Source: Balanoglossus misakiensis
Lineage: Eukaryota; Animalia; Hemichordata
Assembly: GCA_040954595.2 (NCBI GenBank)
Contig: CM082576.2
Location: 14,077,129 to 14,141,128 of the forward strand
Direction: 5' to 3'
Length of the DNA: 64,000 nt
In this document: positions 1 to 14,230 of the stretch, in pieces
Layout of the letters: each line of letters starts with the position of its first letter
How positions within the stretch are numbered: position 1 is the first letter of the stretch
Notes under the pieces: model-generated
Databases searched by the model: none
Told to the model about the DNA's origin: nothing
What the model saw: the letters and a program-made list of their open reading frames with translations, nothing else
Translations under genes and position numbers: made by a program

Positions 1-192
1 TGGTGGCTAACGATCTCATTTTGGAAAATGTTTAGGAGGATAAAAGATACGTGTACGTTTAGTATTAGCCTGACAATTTGTTTGTGAAAGACTGTATTAG
101 GAGAAGGTTATGAAGAAAATACGTCACAACATTCCTTCAACTAATCAATCTGACCTCGTGAGGTCAGGACAATTAGAACAAGATGGACTCAC

Positions 193-354
193 CTGTCGGA
201 GACAGCCCAGGAAGTTGGCAGCGACACTTGAACCGTGCATAGTTTTGGGGTCTGGACTACCACCGACGTAGAATAGCGTGTCGGACGTAAATGATGCGTA
301 GCCGCCCGGTGTTTTTCCCGTTTGGGTGATCGTGTCGTCCACTGTGACTGTGAT
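193..354 (-). CDS. NRXN: Alpha-neurexin coding exon, C-terminal half of LNS2 (laminin-G) domain; gene continues beyond left edge
   Basis: Acceptor ttctttctctag|ATC and donor CAG|gtgagt; 162 nt, phase 0-0. Encodes ITVTVDDTITQTGKTPGGYASFTSDTLFYVGGSPDPKTMHGSSVAANFLGCLRQ, matching the neurexin LNS2 pattern (VTISVD...FYVGGSP...NFxGCL). Confidence 0.93.
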
Positions 355-1279
355 CTAGAGAAAGAATGGTTAAACAAAAAAGAAAATCAGAGAAAATACG
401 TTCATTGACAAATTTCACCTCTGCCTTTTTTATTAATATCTACATGTAATTCAAATGGAAACAGTCAATGCTGACTGAAACGCTTCCTGAGACAGCAGAT
501 GTAACTGTTATGTGACTTTTCAATATTTTTCCAACATTTTTGTTATCACACATACTTTCTTATCTTTCTTTCATGGTTTGGCTTGCCAACAATTAGCGAG
601 ACAAACAATCCTCAAATTTCAACTTTATGCTTTAGGGAGTAGGGGTTAAAACATAAAAAAGGCTTGAAACAAAACATAACAAAAAAGATACGAAAATATA
701 TCAAAAATTTACACCTGCTGTCTTCTCTCAGAAATAATAGACTATGGAAAACTTCCTGTATGATCCATTAGTTTTCTCAAAATATCCAGTTTATTTTTCA
801 GTGCTAATCCGGAGAAGTTGAAGTCAATACATATTGTCTCATTTTTTCATTATTTCTTTTCAATTTTAAATAAAGACCACATGGTACCTAGTATAAATCT
901 ACATGTAGCTCATTTTAATTAGAGGCAGTAGAATTCAAAATTCTTGCTGAATCAGCGACAGATACATGTACACTGTACATGTGGGATAAAAACAGCAGAA
1001 AACAATCTAATTTCTGACAAGTCATTGTTAATGACATAGTCTCCACTGACTCATAAATTAACACTGAAGGAAATCAGAGTGGAACGAAATCAGTCAAGAC
1101 ACGTCGCCAGAACGGCTCTGAAAGTGTTTCTAACAAACGATCATTGACAAAAATTAGTACTCGACATGTACATGTATGTCTTTGTACGTGTCCTTAAGCC
1201 ATGCTTAGGAATGCCATGGTTACAACACATAAACATGAAAATTTCATTAAAATACCGCCGAGTGACAGCCACCACTTTA

Positions 1280-2172
1280 GTTAGTCCTAAGGTTCAATCA
1301 AATGAATCGATCTGAGCATAATTTGAGTTAAATTCTTGATATAAACAAAAATCATCACAAAATGGTTGCCAGGTAGTCATTTTCCTTTTTAGATCAATCA
1401 TAATGTGACACACATAGATTGTGACATCAAAAAAAAAAAAACTTTAGGAACATGTGATTAATAGCTTTGGATATCATATAATTTTATAAAAATGGCCACT
1501 GGACATCCATATTTGATCATAAACGACATTAACGTGTACATGACAGTTCATTTTTTTTTACTGTTTGTATGAAACCAGTTGAAGCATGCCTGAGAAATAG
1601 CTCTGGACGTGAAAAAATTGCAACCAAATTGTTGTCTGGGGGCTATATTGGATTGTACAGTGACACAAATTGACGTGTATAAGCATCATGTTACATTGTC
1701 CTTGTACCAACTTTGAATGGAATCGGTTCAGCCATATCTGAGTTATGGCACCGGAATGAAAAAAAATATAATCATAATAAAATGTCTGCCCGATGGCTAT
1801 ACTAATTCATATCACAACACAAACTGACACGCATAATAGTATCACTGTACATCACGGTACAATTATGTCCTTGCATTAAGTTTGACTGGAATCTTGTTCA
1901 GGTATGTCTGCACTAATGGTGCCAGACATGACAAAATCATTATAGAATTGTCACCCGATAACAACATTGGATCGTATCAAAACACTGAAATTGACGTGGA
2001 TATGTACACCATAGTACAGGCATGCCTGTTCAAATTGTTTGGACATGAAAAAAATGCATTTATAGCACTATGGCCACCTTCAGCTGTATTGGATCACATC
2101 ACAGAATAAATCTACAAAGTAACATTGGAGACCAATTTATTACTCCGCCACAGATTTTGTCTGCAGGGACTA
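1280..2172. repeat. Degenerate interspersed repeat with internal ~150-170 bp tandem units, possibly Helentron-derived (HINE-like)
   Basis: Recurring diverged motifs (aaaatgg..cc, atattggat, aaattgacgtg, tttga.tggaatc); weak terminal hairpin ending gggactaa. Boundaries and class uncertain. Confidence 0.4.
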
Positions 2173-2784
2173 ACAAATTGGGTGACACTCCATTCTTGTT
2201 TTACCAATTGAAAAAATACTAGGCAAGTCTAATTTACAGCAAAGACACACTTTCGTACAATTTTCTCCAATAAAGGTACATCAGTTTAGCTTCATTTGAA
2301 CAAGGTGCACGTTACCATAGGCGTTATACACAAATTGCATACGCCTTATACACAGAAAATCTCTGCATTTGTGTAATTTGAAGATCTACATGTACAATTG
2401 ATCGGCGGCAATCCACCGTTTCTACCATTAACCACCCCCCTCTCCATTTTCTTTAATAGAAAAAAATGACAAACTATTTGCTAGAGGCTTGGTTCGTGTC
2501 GGAGATTCTATTTTTAGGGGGCTCATAAAAAATAGGCCAACACAGAGCGACATTGAGGTGGTCCACAGTGCCATGGTAACAATAGGGCCACAGGTCAAGC
2601 AGTCTATGGGTTCGGACATTTTTCTTTGCACAGCTTCACCTTATAATGGTGCTGATGCAATGGTTTGCCACTGAAATACTTCACAAAGCACACACACACG
2701 ACACATACCCTGATATAGCCACAGTAAACTGTGGACTGGATAAGAACATCACACACAAAATAAATAATAACAAAAGGATCTTAC

Positions 2785-3086
2785 TTCTTGCTTTTTCCTG
2801 GTCATCACCACTCTGTGCCAGTTGTTGTCATGGAAACCTCCCTGCACGTTGGCGATCTTGTCGGCATAGCCGCCGGATCCCAAGTTCATGGCGTAGGCCA
2901 GCATTCCGTCTTCGATGCCGAAAAAGATGTAGTCGTACTCGTTGCCGGTCTGCAGGATGAGGCCGTTCGGGCTCTGGGTGCGGAATTCGAACGAGACGCC
3001 GTCCTCTCGGCTGTGGATGCTCTTTTTGGAGAGGTCGTAGCTGAAGAAGGATTCGCCATCAAAAGTCGCCACGCTAGTACTCGATA
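2785..3086 (-). CDS. NRXN: Alpha-neurexin coding exon, N-terminal half of LNS2
   Basis: Acceptor ttatttcattccag|TA (phase 1, matching the upstream exon) and donor GAA|gtaaga (phase 0). Encodes VSSTSVATFDGESFFSYDLSKKSIHSREDGVSFEFRTQSPNGLILQTG...FHDNNWHRVVMTRKKQE. Confidence 0.95.
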
Positions 3087-6000
3087 CTGGAATGAAATAA
3101 AAACAGCAGAATTTTAATACCTGAGTTGTCCATACACGTCACCCTACATGTACTTGTGATATTTGAAGACTTTAAGACAATATAGCATAAAAAGTGCACA
3201 TTTACTGACCACAGCCTGTCAGAATTATATATACACCATTACATTCACTTCTGTTAGATAAAAACTATAAAGCAAATGAATAATTTTATTCGAAAAAGAC
3301 ATGTTTGCTATTTTCACTTCATATGTACATGTACAATATATCACAACAGAAATTGTCCAATGTAATGCTAAATCTGTGCTCATTTAATAATACTACTGAG
3401 ATGAGACAATTGACGCATACATGAGTTGACTACGTATTGCGGCTTCTGTCACAGAGTCAATATGCTGTGATCTCGAACCAAGATTGGATGTCAATGACAC
3501 ATTGCAACAATTAACCGGCAACTGAAAGGAGTTGCAGTTTCTGGAAACACTTGTGGTCGAGTTGAACGTTTCCAGTCACTGAAATAATGACCACTTGTGA
3601 CGGGCAATTTCATCTCACTTGGAGAGCTCTGCACAACTCGGCAATCTCTCTCTCTTGGGCCGAGTTGTGTGTCGAGCCCTTTTTTCCTTTCTCTTTTCTG
3701 CAACACTAAAGAACACTTGTTTTCCCTCGAGATTAGTACTATACAAAGAGCCCCTTTCACCAAGTCCTACTTTTTGTACACTGGACAGCCTCAAGGCATG
3801 TATACAGTATTCTTTAACAAGCACTGGCCGTCTTCGCAAGAATCTCGCGTAAATGAGTGTCATTTGCCACCATGACGACGACTACAGTAGGGTTATTGCA
3901 TTGTGGGAATGATGATGGAAAAAGAAGGCACAGCATAAAATGCAAGAAAACACATCCTTCAGTCAGGTTTCTACATTTAACTACGCTTCCAGATGTGTGA
4001 ACTTTGACACGCGCACACTTCACATAAAAGTGTTTAATTCTTTAAACCACAAAACAGAGTAATCTCTCTTCAATGGGGTTTACAAACAGGCCACTCTGGC
4101 ATACAGCTATCACCAGACTAAACCAGATAATTCTTTTGCCAAATGACAATCATCCAAATGTTTATTTGTGATGGTACATGAAGTGATGAGTCAGCAGCCT
4201 CACAGACATCGTAAATCTTGATGACATCACTGGTGATGTCATGCTCTTAATTGTCATGATAATGGTTTACCAGTTAGATTGTTTACCCAAAATTAAAGGG
4301 TATAATCCGTACTCTTTTACTAGCTCCCGGGAGAATGCCCAGTTGAGTATTTAAAGGTTGTTTGTTTGTGGTTTATTAGCACGCTTCTCGCACTTCTGAT
4401 AGGTAGAATTCTGAGCAGACTGCTGGACAACAAAGGCAGGTTCTACTGCATGCTTTCATCTGAAGATTTTTTGTTTTACCAATGCATGGGTTTTGTCGAG
4501 AACCTTGAAATGCCTGATGCATACCGCAGAACAGATTACACTTCCTCGCGTCATACATCAACAGGTAGACATTAATTGTCACCATCAATCACTGGCCACT
4601 GGATGGGAGGGGGTGAAGTGGAGTTAAGCTTGCCGGACGATTTCTCGACAATGAGTCTGGTATGCCACATGGAGTTGTGGCTCGCAGAGAACACTGGCCA
4701 ACTTTGTCAAAGCCCAGACTTGGACGTGGTGTATAAGAGAAACCAGGCCGAACAGATTAAATGGCGGGGCAACGCAAGTCGGGCACCAGAAAACCTTAAT
4801 TGCTCCACACCATTTCCACATGACTTCACTGCTAATGGCACTCAAGATACCACGCTTCAGAAAGTCTCTAATTGAGACGTTGCTGCCAACATTTCTATCC
4901 AAGGTTTATGGGGGAAAGTTCTCATTTTTTATGAGGGCTGTCCAGCCAACGGCCCTCCCATCACTATGATAACATGATCATACTTAGCAGTTTTAATAAA
5001 CTTGCCCAGTGTATTATTTTGATAACTGTTCTTTATGCATCTTGAGTTCACCCTGCCCTCGAAGAAAACTGCCCAGTGATGTATATGAGTTCTGTTACGA
5101 AACATATAGGGAACAATTCAACTGCGAATATACTTCATTCGTAACAATTTGCTTTGTGTCAATAACTAGTCCTCCTGTGATGTTGCGTTTGGCTGGAAGT
5201 GACAGAGTTGATGCAAGAATTGCAATGCTGAAGTAGGGCGGACATTGCCACCACTGCCCGCTGTCTGCAACTGTCATATCCCTTCAGCATGCAACCTGAC
5301 CACAGCAGGTGTGTCTTGGCAAACTGCGAAAAGCTGCCGTTGCTGGAAGACACACTGTATACAACATCGGAAAATTACTTGCCCATGGCACACATTCAGA
5401 AACCTGTCACCTGATAACCCTTTCTGCGATTTAATGGCCACCGAAGAACATTTCACATTTCTCAATGATTCCATCCATTCAATTACTATCCCCCCCCCCC
5501 TCTCTCTCTCTCTCTTCGCAGACGTGATGGCCGTCACAAGGTGACCACTTCAAAATACCACACGTACATGTGTGCGTTCGTACGACCTCAGACCCCTGTC
5601 AACATCGCTCAGTTTCATAGTATTTATTTTCCTTTTAAGAGCTTGTCTTCCATAATGTTTTTGCATTGGCCTATGGCGACTGTCATCACTATTTAATGAA
5701 TATGAATTTTAAACATTTCACAACATTTGGGGTATCTGCTTATCAAGCACGAATTTGTGTATCTCCTCTTCAATTGGATATTTTTGGACGTAATCTTGTT
5801 CATTAGGAGAGCGATACCGTTGTTTCAATAAATAAATAAAATAGCTTAAATGTAAATAAATATGACAATTATCTCTTCATACAACACATAAAATATACAC
5901 AGGTACACATGTTTAGTCCGTTAATCTTATTTCGATTTGCACAACCTTTCTTATCATGCCAGCGGTACCTGTGCCTATTTGGTTTAATGATTTCTGCGAG

Positions 6001-9000
6001 TCCTCAAGGTGAGGACATATCAAATTCGACGACAATCCTGATCATGAATATAACAGTACCATGTGTGCCATCTTTGCTAGCATGTAGCCTGGGCCACTAT
6101 GCCACCACTTTATAGCCACCGCCACCATGCTAGGCATAAACTAGTGATGGCACTGATGGCGGTTTTGCTGGCTTTGTACGTATTTGGCTATCACTGCTCC
6201 CTGCCATTTCGCCAGTGTCATTCTGATGGTAATGGCTTATGACTGCAAAAGGTGGGTTTGCCCGCCAAGCGCTACAAATCCACTGGCTTAGAAATAATCC
6301 GAGAAGACACACTCCACTGTACACAAGCTGTCTTGAATCTGACTACGATAAATTTGCATCCACTGTCATGTAAAATTAAACCCAGTACACCTGAGAGCTC
6401 ATTTTTTAAAATGATAACAACCGAATTTTCTTGATGTCTGGACTGGTGAAGTATATCAGGATAAAACAGGGTCTAATACCTCTGAATTTAACCTTAAATC
6501 AACTATATTTTGCATGATAATTGTTCATTACCCACATTTCCCACGGAAAATGCCTATTATCATTTCAGCTTGTACTTCTACAAAATCCACATAATTGACA
6601 TTTGAATTTTTAACAAATCAAAAAACCTTCAACGTAATTGGTAGCCAATTAATTCCTCATCCTGATCCATAATGTAATTCAATACACGTGCACAGACCAA
6701 AAAGGTCACACACCGAACTTGACCTCTGCAAAATGTACGCGCTGTATTATCCAGTGGGCAATTACGTTTTTTTTTTCCATTCCCGTTTGAAATGGAATGT
6801 GGACACACCTGAACCCATCCAGTGATTTCGCAAATAAATGCAAGATTGATGTCAGGGCATGAACTTTGACACCTGTGGAAATCATTCACAGATGGCTGTC
6901 AAATCACAGACAGCAGAGAGACACTGAATTGTCCACAGCCAAATGCTGTCGTCGGAAATATCATGCAGTACCGGTGGTACGCTAAAATCACACACCAAAA
7001 AATGTACAGGGGCATGTACGCAAACCGAGATTTGATAATTTGTAAATTTCTGATGGATTTGCTGACAATCTTTTTCTCTATATAAAATATATATGCGTTA
7101 TCTTTATTAATCTATGTTTTAACACCTTATGTCAACAATTTATTTTACTGTGCAAAGTTTACGCAAACAAATGTATGAACACACCTTTGTGTGAACATAA
7201 TTGTCTTATTTACATTTTAGTACCATTCTCTTACACACGAACCAGTATCTCACAAACTTATTGTAATTTCTCATGGTTTTATCGTGCACAGACGGAATTC
7301 CAACTCTCAGCAGAGTGTTAAAAGTTATTTTGGAATAAAACGATACGCACTGCAGTCTATTTTGGGAAGATGAAAATAGTGTGAAACTGAACACCACAAC
7401 GAAATAAGACTGCTGTTCTTAAAATACATGATTAACACTAGATTTAGAAATCTGTAGAAATGTGGTATCGTATACGTTTACATTATACCTATTTTTGTCG
7501 GATATGAAGCAGACCTGACGAACAAACACTTAAATTTCTATAAAAAATAGCTACATGTATGTCACATACATGTAATTTTCCCCATGTATCGTATAAATAA
7601 AGATTATACAGGCTTCCTGAGAAATTCATTACAAAGTCACAAAATCACACTCAAACATCTTTCTCTAATACTGTACGACGATTTAAATTGCCTCTCCATG
7701 TTTTATTGTACTGTACTGGCGTCAATGCCACGGCTAGCTGGCAACACAACACCCTACGACTTTTGAATATTTCATAAGCGAATCTAATCTACCATGGATT
7801 TTCCGGTGGGGGGAACACCATTGCCTCACTTCAAAGTATGTTTGCCAACTCAGTCACATGTCCACAAGATGTGAGAAGAAAACGCAATAAATACCGCCGG
7901 GTCCGCGGAGAATTCTCAAGTTTCTGATTATCAAATTTGCATGCCGAGCCAAGTCACTGAAGTCTGTTTTCTACGAACACCTCGCAGCAGAATGCTGTCT
8001 CTGATATAAGTTGTTACATGTTATTCATAATTTACACAGGACGGGAACCATCAGCATTAAAAGAGATCGGATTCAAGCCATTCCACAGGCCAGATCTTAA
8101 AACGCAGCAAATACGGTAGTCCCAACATTGAAATTCTGTCGATTTCTTTTAAAAAATGTTTCACTGATCAGAATCTGTTGGTATTTTAAATGTATTTCAA
8201 CTCTTATATTAACTTGATGAGTGAGAAACCCATACAAAGCCAGTAAGAAAAAAATAACACCTCAAATATACAAAATCAATGTTCAAAATAAATATTGAGA
8301 TAAATGTTGGGATTTTCACTCCCAGGAATATTACTGAGTGACTGATCATTATCAGTATAATGATAAACTAAAATCCAATGAGTATTTTTTTAATTTGTAT
8401 TTTTCCCTAAATGCGCTATCATTCACATATGCATGATTATAAGACTTGATTGAAAGATATCTGGAGGCCCCAGGACAAGAAAAACCCTGCACCTCACACA
8501 GATAATTTGTGGTTCTTGGTGGCCAGTTTTTTTCCTCAAATTGCAATCTGCTATTTACAGATTGTATACAGGACCAACATTTGCCCCTTCTTTGCTGTTA
8601 TCACAGCTGTCATAGGTTCAGAGTTGGTTTAACCGACTCACAAATCACACATCAGTTTGAAAGATAAAGGCAGACAGGTTTCAATAGGTTATAATCTCAA
8701 ATTCCAACAGCTTCAAGTTTTATGAAGCTTAGAGAGAGACAATTTTTATTGATATGGCAAAACATTTTTCCACACTATATTACTTATGACTAAGGCTTTC
8801 TGCAAAATCATGTGGAAAGTGAGCACTATTTGAATGAATCTTATTACGAGTAAATAACATCAATATTTGATAGTTAAGAGATAAGAACTAACTCATCATT
8901 TTAAAAATGCAGAAAACTTTACGACTGCTTACAGGGGGATCCAGGGAACTGACCTGAAGGGCTGCAACACTTAAAACGCTGCTGACTATGAATAATATCT

Positions 9001-9323
9001 GCAGAAACCTGCATATTGCAGTACATGTAGGTACATGTAATGGTACACCTTTTTAACAACATTTGATACTGGGAGTGCTTGTACTTATTTGACTATGCGA
9101 AATCAAGAAATCCCAATGGCAAGGACAAACGAACGCACTTTTTTGATGCCATCTGCTGTCCGATTACATTTATAAGTAACAGCTGAAGAATGATATGATC
9201 ACATTTAAAGTCTGGATATTCTCTGTCTGGATTATTAACAGCAGGTGTTGCAAATATCAATTGCCAATCAATTTCAATACAAGCGAATGCGGTGTATGGG
9301 AATGGATGTTAACAAGGTGATAA

Positions 9324-9346
9324 CCCCCCCCCCCCCCCCCCCCCCC
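9324..9346. repeat. C23 homopolymer (G23 in the neurexin pre-mRNA)
   Basis: 23 consecutive C read directly. Confidence 0.9.
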
Positions 9347-10606
9347 TTCAGAGGGAATTCTCAACTGTCAACTGTCAAAGGATGAAAGGGAAATTGTATG
9401 TAAAGGTAAAATAAAGGTTAAATAAATTAACATTAGAATGCATTGGCTTTGGCATGTGCCCAGAAAAGTATATATGTGAAATGGGTATGTTGTTAGATTT
9501 TCATTGGAAAGTTGGGAAGAAAGGTTACATGTAATTTTAGGAATGAAAATATCCATGTACAGGGGCGATTATGTGTGGGTATTGATGATTGTGAATGTGT
9601 GTGGGTGTGTGTCTGCATGTGTGGGTAATATTTGTGCTTGTGTGTAGGCATATAAATGAGTGGGTACCGAATGTTGGTAATTGTCTATGGGGATTCATTT
9701 TGATTATTTCAAATCTCTGCCATCTGTTATCAATGAAACCTTTGCAAGCAAATTGCATAGATTTCAGAGGTACTCGTGTGACAGTTTCAGCCAATATATA
9801 ATTTTGACAGTACTGTCATGGCTGCGTGTGGGTTAGGGAGAGCTGATGATGTCATTCCCTTTACAGCTGGAAATTCTCGACGGCGGCCATTTAATCAAGA
9901 TACCAGCTTGATGAATCAGAAAATTTTGTGACACATATACAAATGTACAAACAAGGGCAATTTGACTAAGTAGACGATCTTCAAATACAAAGGATAAAAT
10001 TTATGGTACCTGGATATTTAGAAGATATATCATTGTGTTCCAACTCTGTACAGCCTAGTTTATAGCTGTGAGCTGACCTGACACACATAATAATGGGGTC
10101 ATACAGACAGACATGTGGCGAGGTGTCAATAGGTTAGGCACTTGAAATCCAGATACAGAAATTCATCTGGGTCTATTTATCGATCAACCACTTTTTTTAT
10201 GTTCACTCATAGACAGTATAATCATAGTACACTTGGCTTTGAGCAAATAACATAAATATACTTTGTGGGCTTTACAAAAAAAGCACCTAAACGTTACAAA
10301 ATTTGTGTCTTCCAGTTCACTGTCAAATACTTCAAAAAGACAGCACAGAGTGTTTATAATAGAATGTAGTATGTTGCTAGTACCACAATTCCATTTGGAA
10401 AGCCTGAAATTTTCTTTCTTAATAATACACTTTGAAAAATCAAATTTTGCTTGAACCTACATGTACATACAATGCGTGTATTTACCAGTTAAACCTCCAT
10501 AGAAAATTCCTGGACTGAGAATACAACTTAGTTTATAATACAACAGTATACACCTTACTCTACGTCACGATTTGGGCATACATCCTAGGGATGGTCTTAG
10601 TCTAAA

Positions 10607-10727
10607 TAGCCTGGTCACCATACCCAGTGTGTTTTAGATAGACTCACACACTTGTGTTTTAGATCTATAGACTCACACACTTGTGTGTGTGTCTATCTAA
10701 AACACACTGGGTATGGTGACCAGGCTA
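10607..10727. mobile_element. 121-bp MITE with TAGCCTGG termini and 8-bp target-site duplication
   Basis: 37-bp perfect TIR tagcctggtcaccatacccagtgtgttttagatagac; flanking direct repeat agtctaaa at 10599-10606 and 10728-10735. Confidence 0.92.
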
Positions 10728-13700
10728 AGTCTAAAGAGAGCAAAGTTCACAGTAGTTGAAGTACAGTTCATCAGATACCAAGTGATTCTGACATCGTGAG
10801 CATCTTCACGATAAAAACACAGTTGATCTGTCCACGGGTATACATGCAGGTATAGTCAGCTGGCTTGTGACTCTTTTGCTATCCATCATAGGTGACTTGC
10901 CCCCTCCCAGTAAACAAATACAATTTTATCTGTATGCCGATAAAAAATTGCAAATTCATATGAATCAGTTTATTCTCACAGCAAAAGACTTGTAACTGAG
11001 TTGTGTTTATACCGGTATATGTTTATTTGTTACGTACATTGGGGCTGTGAACATGACTCATGATCAATAATCATATTTCCATTTTTGATAATTTCAGAGG
11101 AAATCAAGAAATCATGCATGAGAATCCAGGTACACTGTTATTTGTAATGAACTACATGTATCATACTGTCAATTTCATCCTAAAAAAAACAAGCATAGTT
11201 ACATTGTCATACATGTATTTTGTCGTGGACAACAATAGCTGTCAGTTATTACCTTTGTGCATAAAAATTGCCAGGTAAAAGGTTATAGCCATTATAAGGT
11301 GTATAAACAAATAATAAATGCTTTGTTATCTTTATGTGTGTGATAAATGCCTATGACAGAAGAGCTAACCAATTTACAACACTCAACTTGAAAAAAAGTA
11401 AACAAATAATCGGGTGTGCGTCACTGCAGCAGCTTTTTATAGTCAATCATACCAATCAAGGTTAGGTATGATATTTTGTCAGTGTGTATAAAGGTCGGAC
11501 ATGATATTTTTTCGGTCATAACTGAGGAGTTTAAACTCCTCGAGAGTGCATTAAACTCTCATCCAGCGGGTCTATTATTTCTGGATCTGACAATCGAAAT
11601 CCCCCCAAAAATGCGCAACAGCCGCATGGATCAAGTGTGAAGTGCAGTAGTTGTCTTTGGGGCACTGCACTGTCAATCATGATTAATTCTTTCGCTGGTG
11701 GGAAATGCGGACGTATAGACACCAGCACATGCCTTGTCTGTGACGCTGCTGCTGGCCGTTTCTGGATTCCCGAAACAGAAGTACATTGTACATGTATATC
11801 CCCAACACATCTGTCAACCACAGATGGATTGATTTCACGAGGCAAAGCATAGTCAATCAATTTCTGCTACCTTTTCCATCTACAACCCAATGTTTCCCCT
11901 CTCCACCAGGCTATAGGTAATATCCACTCAAAACACAGAATAAATTCGTCATCTTTGAACTTGCATGTATAGTCACAGCACCGTAATTAACTTTCAAACT
12001 GAAGAAAATGTAGAATTTCCCACGCAAAGGCAAATACTAGTAGTAGCACCCAGGTACATCAGCTTTTGCTATATACAGTGAATACCTCAAAGACCTTCAC
12101 TGTGTATAGTGTATAACTATTAAAGATGAAAGCTTTTAGCCCAATTGGAACTCAGCCGAGAATGCTTATTATTACAAATACATTTAATACTCTGAATGTC
12201 AAGGAAATCGCCTGATCATGTTAGTGGGCGAAATTTCCTGTCGATAAGATGATGAACGTGATAAAACTTGACAAAAAACTCATAACGACCCGGGCTTTTT
12301 ATGTCGGATGCGAAATCAGTCCAAACACATCACAATGCAGACTAAATGTATCAGCTAATTGCTATGGCAAGCATATCAGCACTCCGGAAAGCAATTTACA
12401 AATAATTTATAATTTTTTCTCCCGTTACGAGAAAGTCAGGATGTCAGAGCTGTTAAACTCCATCTACGTCTCGGCTCTTTAAAAAAAAGTGGCTCCAAGC
12501 TGACTGCATAGCGCAGTCTCCACAGATCATTTCAGAAATTTCGGACAATGCATTTATATACAAGTCAATAAATTTGCGCTAAACATGTCAGCAACACTTT
12601 GTGGGCACTTTAAAAAAAGTTTCAAACGCTCTATACTATTGCAGAGCGGCAACCAGCAAAAAAAAAAAGATTATTACAGATTGATTCATTATCTGGGCCT
12701 TGACTTGACTCGAGTGTTCTAATTTCGAAACCTCCAAACGCCAAGTACTCTGTCAGACGAGGAAGCCAACCTCAATCATCTGTACTCAATTTACGTCGTA
12801 ATGACCCAAATGGTGTCTAGCTAGTGGCTTCTCTCTGTCAATTCCCCCGTCTTTTCATAATACTCAGAGAGTGTCTTACAGATAGGCTGACATTTTGATG
12901 AAGTACACTGGACAACGCCACTTTTGTGGTTTTTCTTTTCAGACGCTCTGAAAAGACACCCTTCGGCTGAGCCGTCACAAAAGGGGGAAGGCCGATCACT
13001 TTGTCCTGAACCTCGATTTCCACTCCTTCAATCAATGCTCTCACCAATTTTAATCTCGGTTCTCCCCTCACAACGTGGCATCTTGTCTATACATGTACTT
13101 CTTTGACGTAAAGACATGTGACAGAAACTAGAATAGCTGCGTATGTAGTGCGTACAGCTGATTTTTTTCTCTCTTCTGTTTTGCATCCAGACACAGAGAC
13201 CTTTAAAACAGGAACTATGGATGCGTTATGCCCTCTGGTCATATAGCATTCCTCAATATTGCGATGTTCTCTTAATCGAGATAAACACTCCGACTATACC
13301 CCCACGTCTGTACCACACAATGGCTGCCGCAAATAATCCATCACGCTGTCGCAAAATTAAACAGCTTTCCCCCTCTCTCATTTATCAGGCTCACTCTGTG
13401 AATTGCAATAAAGTCCGTTGACCAAAGCTAAGGACTATTCCAGGCTGTCATTTTTTTTTTCACAACTGAATAACGTGACCAAATGCAAAGCACAATAGAT
13501 AATGAACGGTCACTTTTGTTGGAACATCTTGTGTCCAATGCTTCTTCCTTGCAAACAATCAAGACACACAGTTTCTAACTACAGTGTTAAGAGCTGAATT
13601 GACCTAACATGGTTTTTGAAGGGATACATTATGACTGCACGGAGGCTGGTGGACTGGGGTTTGCGTCACAAGACAAAATTTGTTTACTTTGGACCACTAA

Positions 13701-14114
13701 CCGAACACACTTCGACGAAGGCCACTAAACACGTAGTGTCCTTGCCAAACATTTAGCAGACCTTATTCTTAATGCACAAGATGATGTACATGTACACTCC
13801 CAAATTCTTTCAGACATTTTTTTCATTCTCAAGACTGGTGAGAATTAGATTTTGGACAAGGTTTATCTGACAATAACCATCATATATGTACAAAATGATA
13901 AATAATGGCACCTACAATGCATATTGCCAAAAAAAAGCCACATTAATTTTTGAGCCAATTCTTTAGGTTGTTTCTCACAGGTTAATTAGTCCCAATTAAA
14001 ACAACGCAATATCACAAGATTGAAGAGTTCCTTAGTATGCATGTACATGTACTAGACAAGTTAGGACTTCTTTGTCATTTTTCGAAATTGACACATTTAG
14101 CAGCAATGAGAACA

Positions 14115-14230
14115 TACTGTAAAACGGGTTATATTCGCGACAGGAAATTTTCGCGCTATCAAAAGAGGTAACTGTTACGCGAGGGTTAATTTTCGCGTTC
14201 TCGTATCTCACTGACTGCATCATTATCTCC
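14115..14230. mobile_element. Diverged half copy of the TACTGTAAAA MITE family
   Basis: Aligns by eye to the reverse complement of the right half of 26952-27162 (tactgtaaaac...ttcgcga...aaattttcgcg...ctgcatc.ttatct). Confidence 0.75.

Noticed and set aside
2646-3117. Plus-strand ORFs of 104 and 109 aa
   Set aside because: Antisense shadows of the LNS2 exon.
9347-9430. Strong minus-strand acceptor-like tract next to the G23 run
   Set aside because: No credible donor nearby, so no exon can be delimited.
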